This document shows, one piece after another, positions 53,151 to 64,000 of a stretch of 64,000 nt of DNA; positions within the stretch are counted from its first letter, which is position 1, and every line of letters begins with the position of its first letter. Both the position numbers and the translations under genes were made by a program. The DNA lies in contig CM022665.1 of NCBI GenBank assembly GCA_012295275.1, forward strand, positions 29,760,001 through 29,824,000, written 5' to 3'. Under the pieces are notes generated by a model that was not told the DNA's origin, did no database searches, and saw only the letters and a list, made by a program, of their open reading frames with translations. The DNA is from Chrysomallon squamiferum (taxonomy: Eukaryota > Animalia > Mollusca).

Positions 53151-53968
53151 TGTATATGTAGTCGTGTGTGTGTGTGTGTGTGTGTGCGTTTTGCGTTAAT
53201 GGATTGTTAAAGCTATTTTGTCGTTCATGTACTATCGACTACAATGTGTGTGTACTGTTTATGTGCGAGTTGTTTGATATATATATTATTATTCAAGATT
53301 TCTAACAAAAACATCAATAAATGTAAATACAATTTAAATTGAAATTAGTTATGTGATATCACACGCAAGGTTAACGACCGCACGTGATGTAAGAAGAAAC
53401 CAGCTTGCGCCAGACGATGGAATGCTTGTATTGACAAGTAGCAAGAGAAATGTACATTCCAATGGCCAGGTTATCGGTTTATTTAATTTTAGAGTCCCAC
53501 AACTTATAACTCAACGCTTTATAACAGAGGCCTAGAGTAAATCTGTTCTGCAAACCTCGACGTTACAGTTTATTTGTATTGTATCGCCCAGTCTTTCATA
53601 ATAAAATATAAAATACACACAAACGAAAAGAAAAAAGGTGCACCATTCTACCACGTTAAAGTGGACCGACTTGTTTTTTTTTTTTTGTTGTTTTTTTATA
53701 GCTTCAGAGACGGCTATCAGTCCGCCTCGTGTATGACAGCGTCACGACTTCATTGTGAATAGATGACATAGCTGTTTTTTTAACAATTTCTGTTACTGTC
53801 AAATTTTATTAACGAAGATAGGTCAACTATTCATTCGTATCGCCACAAGTACTTTTTAACATACAATAAAACTAATCTGACTGTGTGTGTATTTAAAACT
53901 TAAATGTATCGGTAAAAGGCATTTTCAAAAAAAAAAAAAAAAAAAAAACGTATCGATACTCAACTTAC

Positions 53969-54058
53969 CGGGCTGTTATTGTGGACTTGGAACATGATGA
54001 TAACCGTGGTAACAATGAGAAAGACCACTACATAGTGAAACAGTTTCCTCTTCTGCAT
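53969..54058 (-). CDS. Paralog C first coding exon (type II signal-anchor)
   Basis: MQKRKLFHYVVVFLIVTTVIIMFQVHNNSP, 90 nt, donor CCG|GTAAGT, acceptor ttttag at 54078-54083. Full model ~390 aa. Confidence 0.8.
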
Positions 54059-54409
54059 CCTGGAGTTTAGTAGCCACCTAAAATAAATAAAGTACAGTTT
54101 ATATACAAAAGAAAACAATCTTATTAATCTGTAATTAAGATTCTCATTTTTCTTTTCTTCTGTTGTTGTTTTTTTTTTTTTTTTTTTTTTTTTTTCCCCA
54201 ATCATGCCTGCTTGTGAACTGAAAACAACCAGAAATTTCATAAACTTAGATCGCTCACAAATATAAAAAATAAATCTTCCAACAATTAGATTTTCTTTTT
54301 CTTTTTTCCTGAAGTTTTCATTATATTTTCTAACCTTTTGGACGATGAACAAGTAACATGAACATATGTGTGACAGAACATAATAAAAATCGAGTTTACA
54401 GGCGCATAA

Positions 54410-54451
<42 letters not shown>

Positions 54452-55898
54452 CAAATATAATAATAAACAAATAATAATAATAATAATAACCATCATTTCT
54501 CAGTGACGTACTACAAAATGTGTTTATAATTGATGCAATGTTAGATACTTCTTTTTGTGACAGTGTTGATTCGGGTCAGTTACGTGACTCGAACAAAACA
54601 CGTGAAGCTCGTTTTCTACTCACGCTTTTCTTGCAGATAAACTTTTTACAGAATTCGTGTTTAAGGCCTTGAATTTGAAGTCCACAGAAGAAAATTATCT
54701 CTATCTTTGTGATTTTCAGCCTTGATTAAGTGAAACAGGTAAAATGTTCAAATATTGGCCGTTACATGTCCAGTTTTGTTCTGATTTTAGATTTACACCT
54801 TTTCCAAACACTATATTTTCGTTTTGTTGATATTTATTTTGAAAATCCACTCAGCCGTGTACACATGCAAGCTAACCTAGCATATGTTATAAATCAGCAG
54901 CTTGTTCGGAAACTGTGTCATCGTCATACATGGTTAAGCGGAGACTGAGTATATCTGACTTACTCAACTCTGAGTTGTATTAGCATCAGTTCTAGGTTAT
55001 TTATGAATAAAGAAAATTAAGATGGCGACAGCGTTTCACAAACATGTAACAAAGACTTCAGATATTATGTCTTAGTATTTAATACAGAATTTTACTTGAC
55101 TTTACATTGACCTTATGATGTTCATTAGTATTCTGTTTAAACCCAGCTTAGCTATTTTTAGCGCATTATAATTTATCGAATCAAAGGATTAACTATAGTC
55201 TATGAATGCACAATATTGTTTTTTCTTATTGCCAACAGTGGCAGCTGACAGACTAAGAAAAACGAAAATATAACTAATAGTACTATAACCAGACTTGAAT
55301 CCTAACTGCTGATACTGTATTTTAAGCTCATCTCACTTTGACCATTCTGTTGTTGAGAATCGTGGTAAAAAAAATAATAATAATAAATAAATAAATAAAT
55401 AAAAACATAAAATAAAAACCTTTAAAAAAAAAGGTATTCATGAAAGATGTACCACTGTAATTGTTAGCTTCGTTTTTTTTCTCCCTTTTCAAAACAGTGA
55501 TATAATCGTACCTTTAAACCTGTTTTCTTGGGGAAATGCAAAATTCTAAAATAACATTAAAAAGTTTATACACAAAGATAAAACAGAAACCACAACATTC
55601 TTTACCTTCTGTGAAAATCTGGTATGATATGTTATCTGTGCCACCAGCTATGTTACGCTTTTGTAGTATCCATACCAAAAGCTGTACCGTGTTCAGTGAC
55701 AGGTGTCTAAGTCTTCATACTGTATTTCTTTATCGTGACCATAGATATCGTTAGTTTCGTCACTACAAGTTCAATTCATCATCTACTGTAACGCATCATT
55801 GTTTCTTTTTATTTCTTTTCTTTACTTTTTCTACAGACATATGGTATACGTACTTACTCATGCTGAAACCAGTTATATATGATGCTGTCGAAGCCTAT

Positions 55899-55934
<36 letters not shown>

Positions 55935-56475
55935 TAAATAATAAGAAAAGGAAAGTCATCCCGAATTTAGGTGACATAACGTACTATTCACGTGTCTGCT
56001 TAACGGGAAAGACTCTTTATTCGTTACTTTCCTTTCCTTATAGGTTCTTTGGTTTTTGGGTGTGTGTGTTTTTTTGGGGGGTTTTGTACATTATTGTTGC
56101 TTTGATTTTGCTAACTGCTGTTTTTGTTTTACTTTTTACTTGATATTTGTCGTTTGGGGGGGGGTATTTTGGTATTTGTTTTCTTGTTTATTTTTATTTA
56201 TTTTATTTTTATTTTTATTTTATTTTATTTTATTTTATTTTTATTTTATTTTATTTTTATTTTATTTTATTTTTTTTTTTATTTATTTATTTAATATTTT
56301 TATTTTTTATTTTTATTTTTTTTTTATATGTATTTTTTTTTTATTCTTGCGGCTGCTATTTTTCTTGTTTTGTTTTGTTTTGTTTTTGGTATTTGTTTTC
56401 TTGTTTATTTTTATTTTTTTATTTATTTATTTTATTTTTTTATTTTATTTTATTTTATTTTATTTTATTTTTTTA

Positions 56476-56518
<43 letters not shown>

Positions 56519-56621
56519 TGATTTAAAATACGATGAAATAAAATGCAACACATCATATCAGGATATAGATTTAATGATTATATTCCATTTGTATGTTTTT
56601 TACGATTAGTTTTTAGAGCAA

Positions 56622-56695
56622 AATACTGTGGTATGTGCTTTCCAGTCTACCTGAAAGTACATATTGAAAAAGCTCTTGCTGCTAAGTAAAAAGTT
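56622..56695 (+). mobile_element. SINE core fragment (molluscan SINE-like)
   Basis: ctgtggtatgtgctttccagtct...aagtacatattgaaaagctcttgctgctaa resembles a common gastropod SINE central domain (recognised from memory, not searched). Confidence 0.5.
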
Positions 56696-57349
56696 AAGAC
56701 CAGCTTATCTGGTATCGTTCCTCATCTTTTTCTCTCTTTTTTTTTGAGTGATTCTTAGCCACAAGCACGACGTAATATAACTGTAGCTTTAAAATTCTTT
56801 TTTTCCATACGCGGGTTGAAACAAGACATAACACGTAATAGCCACACCCAAATAGACTGACCATTCCTTGCAACACATTAATGATCATTCATTGCGATTT
56901 ACCAATTCAGCATAGCTAAACGTGGCTATCATTTCATCGACTTCCATTGTAAATCGTCTCGTTACTGCTTTATTTCTCATTTATTTATTTATTTATTATT
57001 AATAATAATTATTCGCGTTACCACAACACGTTGCTCTAAAATATACACGTATTTCAGTTCGACTGTAGATCTTGAAATTATTTACCTTTACTAATGATTT
57101 TCTTTTATGTTACATTGTGTTTTGTTATGGTGTCATGTCGTGTTGTTTTGTGTTACTAGACATTCTTAAAATCAATACCTTTTTATCTCCCACTAAATAT
57201 TTCATACTTTCAAGGTCGATTTATTGTCAGACACATAAAAACATAAATTTTACACACAAACAAGTTAATCGATTTACAGTTGGCGTTATGTATGCGTTAT
57301 CATTTTTTGAACATGAAGAAATATTGCGTTTCTCTTTGTATGATTAAAA

Positions 57350-57630
57350 AAGAAAGTATGAACAAATGAATGAATGAATTAGTCAAACAGAATATATTAA
57401 CACACCTCGATACATTTAATAATGATGATTACAGAGCGTCGAGTGTTATCGAAAGGGGTATTTGTATAAAGTCAAGAAAAGAAAAAAAACCGCTTATGTA
57501 ATTCCATAATCTCATTGTGAGTTAACATCAAGGGATCACTATAAATATGCATCATCATGAGAGTGTGTGGAATTTTTTGTTAAAGTGAACACAGGAGTTG
57601 ATTAGGCCGACATTTTTCATCACACTGCCT
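57350..57630 (-). mobile_element. Degenerate SINE copy of the same family
   Basis: Reverse-strand gcatattt...gatcccttgatgtta core and a (TTCA)n-like tail at ~57366-57379. Confidence 0.35.
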
Positions 57631-58612
57631 CCCACAGCCATACATCCATGTACATCTTCACTCGGAGAACACAAATTAAAATAATAATAAGAAGAAGACG
57701 AACAAGACGAAGAAGAAGAAGAAGAACAACAACAACAACAACAACAACAATAATAATAATAATAATAATAATAATGTTTTTGTTAAATGAGCTAATCACT
57801 GTACTGGATGAACCCAGTAGCTTTGACATGAACTGATCCTGTGGTCTGTTGCTGAGTTTTAACAACAAAGGTGCAGCCGTATCGCGTTATATTATATCAT
57901 AAATAATAAAATCATTAACCTGTTTTATTAATCTGTACAAAATATAATTATCTCTGTTATGCAGTTACGTTTAGCTGCACACGATGATCAAAACGAGTTC
58001 CATTTATCATTTCTTTCAACAACGATTATGAACACTGTTTTGTCAAATGGTTTCTGCCTGTTCAGAACAATCCATAACTATTGTTACCAACTGTTGTTTT
58101 TGTCTTGCTCGTCAATAAGTAATTGATTCATCTCCTTGGTAACAAAACAAATAGTTTGGTGTTTTTGTTTGATTCTTTACATACATGCTTAGTATTCAAA
58201 TATTTCGCCGAGATCATTGATCTGGGAGTTTCTGAGTTAAAGCTGCTTGTAAAAAAAATACGTCAATAAAAGGCACAGACTGACATCTCCATATGCCGCG
58301 CTTACAAAAGTTAATTAAAAAAAATCCTCACCAATATTTAGTATTGTTCTTTTTATTTTATTTTATTTACTTTATTATTATTATTTTTTTTTTTTTTTTT
58401 ACTATTATTACAATTATTTTTTTTTTTCCCCATATCTAATTTAGTTTGTATTTGTTCTTGTTTTCTTCAGTTTTTCTTTATATTTTTCCTGGTTTTATGG
58501 TCGTTTTTTTTTTTTATGTATTTGTAAATTTTGTATAATATATATATATATATATATTTAGAGAGTTAAAGTGAAGTGTGTATCTCTTCTCTTTTCTTCT
58601 TTAATTTAATAT

Positions 58613-58653
<41 letters not shown>

Positions 58654-61390
58654 GGGGATTGTTTTTGTTTATTTTTATTGTCTTATTTTATTATTTATTA
58701 TTATCTTTTTTATTTCGAAAATCATTTACACTGAGGCTTCCCGACACAGACATACACCTATTCAATCTAAAAACATGTCTCATATTATTAAAGGATTGTT
58801 CATATAGGCCTGTTCTCGTGTAGATATCGGTGACCCTGTTGCTAACACAGACATAAATAAACATAAAATAATTATGGCCTGCAAACACAGAAACTGCCCT
58901 ATCGGTAAGGAGGAGAAGGAGATTCCCACGCAACCACCAAATAGTTACAAACTGATTCTATTGACAATGTTGTACAACCTGGAATTTATTATCAAACTAC
59001 GGTCATACTTGCCACAGAAAAATGTTAGTTACCTGCACTGATAAAAATTGGACAGAAATCGGATATTATAAGCTCATGTGTAATCTGATTCGCACAATCG
59101 TCACTATCGTGACTAGAAGCAGCTTAGGACAAAGTAAATCGTGACTGAGTGATGTATTTTAATAATACTACAGTGAACAAAATATGTTAAGAATTATGAA
59201 ATATTTTAAAATCTGAAACAGTGATTTTAAAATATACCTTTCATGATATGATTAAATACAGACATCAGTTCGCGAAAATATATTTTAATTTTTTAGTGTT
59301 GAAATTGTTTTATTTATTATTTAACATTTATTAATTATTATCTTTTTCCCCAAAGTATATAAGAAATATCTAATTTAAAATAATTAATATCTAACAGACA
59401 GTAAATAAACAAACTAATAAATAAATTAATTAATAAATAAGGAAATAAATAAATAATTAAATAAATAATAAGTAAATGGGTCTTGGAAAAATACTCTGAA
59501 GATGGCAATAGAATTTAACTTCTCTGCCAAACTTACAACCGCACTGAAAAAGTGTTTTTTCTTATCCTGAGTATATATCTGTTTTTTGTGTTAATCTAGA
59601 TTCGGATATAGCGGGAAAGAGTTGTAGCTAGGATTAGTGTAATTATGGTATATAAATATGCGATTTTAACTGAACTATATATTTAAAAGAACATATAAGC
59701 TAGATCCATACCTGTATTAACTGATACATACCTCAGAATTGGAAAATTAGCAATAGCAACAAACATTTTCATAGAAATTGTGTGGAGTATAAAAATATTT
59801 ACAGAAATTCATTGATACTGTCTAAGCTGCAAATTTAGCATATTCCAATTAAACAAAAATCTTAATAGAATACTCAAGTATAAAAAAAAATTACTTACAC
59901 TTTAAACAATAAACCTGCTTTGGACAAATAAACATTAATTAAAACTTGCCAACATTATCAATCAGATGAACAAACAGACAATTTACAATCTGGCCTATCA
60001 ACAAAGATAAACAAATGGTAATATAATAAACATTGCAGAAGCTTTGTAACTATTATGGCTCAAAGAAACACTGGGCAATTAAGACTTATAACAATCAAAG
60101 ATGATTTAGGTAACTGATTTGGATCGGGTTCCGGGTAAAGCTCGGATCGAAATGCAATCTGACTCATTATTATATTCGTTGGAAACATCTAATATTTATT
60201 TTAGACCCGAGATTCTTGTAATAAAAATACACATGAATAACGTTACATTTATAAAATGAAAATAATAAAGAAACATAGTTACGTAGATGATGACGCCATT
60301 AAATATTGCCCCACTTAGGAAGGTTGGAAATATTAGATTCCATATTTAGTAGACAGATAGGCAAAATACCATCTGTAAACATTAATTACATTACAGTACG
60401 CAGGTAAGTGCTCACCATTATGACACGCACATTATTGTGATTATGTTAATTATTACTGTTATTCTAGATAATGTGTTACTTAGTTTAAGATTGTTTTGTA
60501 TGTACATGTAATTATTTTATATAATAAACACACACTGGATAAACACATATCATCGCTTGTTCTTTTTATTAAGTCGAGTCCTATTTGTTCGTGTAACGAA
60601 GATAGAGAGTGTCGTCTTTATTTTAACATTAAACCCAGATATCTATGAAACACATTTCTTTTCTATATTGAACTATAGATAATCTTATTAAAGTTATAAT
60701 TTATATATATATATATAATCTCAAAGGTTCTCAAGTTGCTGGATATCAAATAGGGGAACTATAAAACAACGAGAAATACTTAAAACATATGTATTAATAA
60801 CGATAAATAAACGAACTGCCTTTAAATGCCAATATAAGTAAATAACTAGAGTTCGGTTTAGCAAGCCATAATATCGTTTTCACGAGAAAATACGCGATGA
60901 CGAACTCTTAGAGGTAATTTTTAAGTTAACTGGTGTTCAAGCTATGGCGATTTGTGTGTAACAAACAAATTCGGTTACCTTTGATGCCGCGGATGTCACG
61001 AGAGAGGATCATAAAACTTTGGTAGGGTAATTATGCAGTATTTTTAACGGAGTATTTTTTTAATATATATATATAAAACATATATTAACATAATTATTGC
61101 GATTTTCCCGTGAACAATTCAACCTTTAAATAGGTTCCAAATGACTAATTTCGGATTTTAAATTAGTTTTCCCCAAAACCGTAAATAATTTATTTTCTCT
61201 GGTATTATTAAAAAATGTGTTTGTGAATTAATAAATAACTCAAACTGTACTCGTTGTTGACGAGTTATTTAAAATGTGGATTAAGGTAGTATTATACTAT
61301 TATGATATTAAATAAATCCCTGTTATAGTGCCTCTAAATGCACATATCCCCTAGACGTGATAAAGAGCACCTTAGGTACTAACAGTTCCG

Positions 61391-61641
61391 TAGCTACATG
61401 CACAAGTATTATTGGTTCAAAAGCAACTTAGAAATCATTATAACCAAAAATACACAAAAAAAAACAAATCACAGTTATAATATTATATCATATTTATTAC
61501 TGGATGTTCTGATTCATAATTATTAAGTAAATAGAAACATAACCATTATTATTTTAATATACTGAAATGATACCAGTTAGAATGAGAATGTATATACATA
61601 ATTTTTGTTGTTGTTTTTTTGTTGTTTTTTGTTGTTTTTAT

Positions 61642-61686
<45 letters not shown>

Positions 61687-62205
61687 GCTTTTTATCCGCA
61701 CGTGTATGTATTTTAATAGCATTCTCATTTGAATTGGTATTTTAATTCTCACACACACATACAAAATTAGCTGTTATGTGTGTGTGTGTGTGTCTGCGTT
61801 TCTTAAACGTTACGGTACACGTACATTAATAATAAAAACATATATACACATGAGATGCCGCTTCATAGCTAGAGCACTGAGGCAACCTGCCCATCGTCTT
61901 TTGGGAAAATACCCTGAATTACCAATCTTAAAAAAGAATAAAATCAACTTTTTATTTTTTATTTTTATTTTTTAAAATTCAAATAACAACAATAAGAAAA
62001 ATATTGAGTAGTTTAGCAAACAGCTATGAAACGGCATCTCATGTGTATATATGTTTTTATTATTAATGTACGTGTACCGTAACGTTTAAGAAACGCAGAC
62101 ACACACACACACACATAACAGCTAATTTTGTATGTGTGTGTGAGAATTAAAATACCAATTCAAATGAGAATGCTATTAAAATACATACACGTGCGGATAA
62201 AAAGC

Positions 62206-62250
<45 letters not shown>

Positions 62251-62498
62251 ATAAAAACAACAAAAAACAACAAAAAAACAACAACAAAAATTATGTATAT
62301 ACATTCTCATTCTAACTGGTATCATTTCAGTATATTAAAATAATAATGGTTATATTTCTATTTATTTAATAATTATGAATCAGAACATCCAGTAATAAAT
62401 ATGATATAGTATTATAACTGTGATTTGTTTTTTGTGTATTTTTGGTTATAATGATTTCTAATTTGCTTTGGAACTAATAATTCTTGTGCATGTAGCTA
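61391..62498. repeat. Long inverted repeat: arms 61391-61870 and 62022-62498, 151-bp spacer
   Basis: Manual reverse-complement alignment gives 8 substitutions and one 3-bp indel over ~480 bp. 61539-61860 and 62032-62353 are perfectly complementary. Confidence 0.97.
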
Positions 62499-62532
62499 GA
62501 TAATAATAATCAAAATAATATTAAAAATAATA

Positions 62533-62576
<44 letters not shown>

Positions 62577-62980
62577 TGTTGTTGTTGTTATTGTTGCTGT
62601 CTTTATTATTATTATTACTGTTATTATTATTATTCTTGTTGTTGTATTATTATTATTATAACGTAGGCTCTCAGGTAACCGTTAGTTCTAAAAGTAACCC
62701 GTATAAATCGAGGTATAGTTTATCTGGTTTAATATATACATTTTTTACATCAGAACAGATACTAGAGTTTAGGACTTGCAGTTACATCAGCGAGTAAGTT
62801 AGTTACTGAAGAGGTCAGTGAGACATTTAGAAAACCGGTTTCATTTAAACAAATAATAAATTATTCTTATTTAAGAACTATTTTGTTTTGATATGTCGTT
62901 TGTAGGCAACAAAAAAAATCAGTGCACATGAATCTAACACTCTTGAAAGTCGTGAGTTGAGAAAACAAACACTTATTATG

Positions 62981-63039
<59 letters not shown>

Positions 63040-63837
63040 GATAACACTATCATGTTATGAAGCCTGTACTACTTTGTAGAATAGTCAGAAATGTTCAAAC
63101 AAATTAAAACCAAAATATTCATGAAATACATATATGATCCCCAACAGGACAGTTATCGTTATTATTCCCATCGCTGTTTCTGAACAGAAATTTTTAAAAT
63201 TAAAATAAAAACAAATAAACAGTAAGGGCCCAGATAAACAAACAGCGCAAAGTTAAAACGACTTTTGACAAACCAGCCAGGGCGTCCTGTCTGAAATTAG
63301 AAATAATCCAGTGGATGCATGAAAAAGGATTAATCCTAAGTGCCTTAAGACTTTTGAGATGTTGTTTTTTTTTTCGCTAAGGTAACGTTTTCTTGAAGAC
63401 TATTTAGAAATAAATTATTAATAAGTACAAACACGCGCGAAAGTACACACATACACACACACACAAAACATATGTACACACTGTGCCTAATATTTTTTAA
63501 ATGTTAATTCTTTCACTTCGTTGGCTGATAAAATGTTTTTTTTTTTTTTTTTTTTTTAATTATAATAAATACTTTAAAAAAATAATAATACTTACTGTGG
63601 ACTTCGCGATAAACTGAAGACTAATGTACAGCAAATTCGCGCAATATTCATTTTTTTGAGTGCGTGTGTGATATCTGCTGTCTCATTCCATGAAATATTT
63701 TTATACTACTGGAAAATGTAGTAACGCGTCATTTTAACAACAAACACTGAGAAACTCGAGCTCTGGTATCAAATGACCTGATCTGACGTTCGGAGACAAA
63801 TGATAAAACCCTTGAACCGGACCGAAAACAATCTAAA

Positions 63838-63882
63838 ACACACACACACTCACACTCACACACACACACACTCACACTCACA

Positions 63883-63938
<56 letters not shown>
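63838..63938. repeat. (CA)n/(CACACT)n microsatellite
   Basis: Directly visible. Confidence 0.95.
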
Positions 63939-63939
<1 letters not shown>

Positions 63940-64000
63940 TTTTATAGAATAAAGGTTTACAAATATCTTCATGAAAAACATCCAGAAATATCTTGCGGTT

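Overview
AT-rich, microsatellite-dense animal genomic DNA with spliceosomal introns. A mollusc (probably a gastropod) is inferred from the SINE and RTE-X repeat types, recognised from memory and not searched. Real coding content is limited. (1) The first coding exon of an ankyrin-repeat gene lies on the minus strand (7206-7370), and the gene probably continues off the left edge. About 1.2 kb of its intron is built from tandem copies of its own exon/5' splice-site junction, with the donor damaged in the homogenised copies. (2) A head-to-tail cluster of three minus-strand HtrL/YibB-like (putative glycosyltransferase) genes spans ~31.8-54.1 kb. Each has a 90-nt signal-anchor exon, 0-2 Lys/Thr-rich stem exons and one ~870-nt catalytic exon, with all coding introns in phase 0. 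Two paralogs share long identical tracts consistent with gene conversion. Other features are a decayed RTE-X-like LINE, mariner and Tigger remnants, hAT-like MITEs, SINE fragments, several minisatellites, and a ~480-bp-arm inverted repeat at 61.4-62.5 kb whose inner 322 bp are perfectly complementary. Most ORFs in the supplied track are simple-repeat artefacts.
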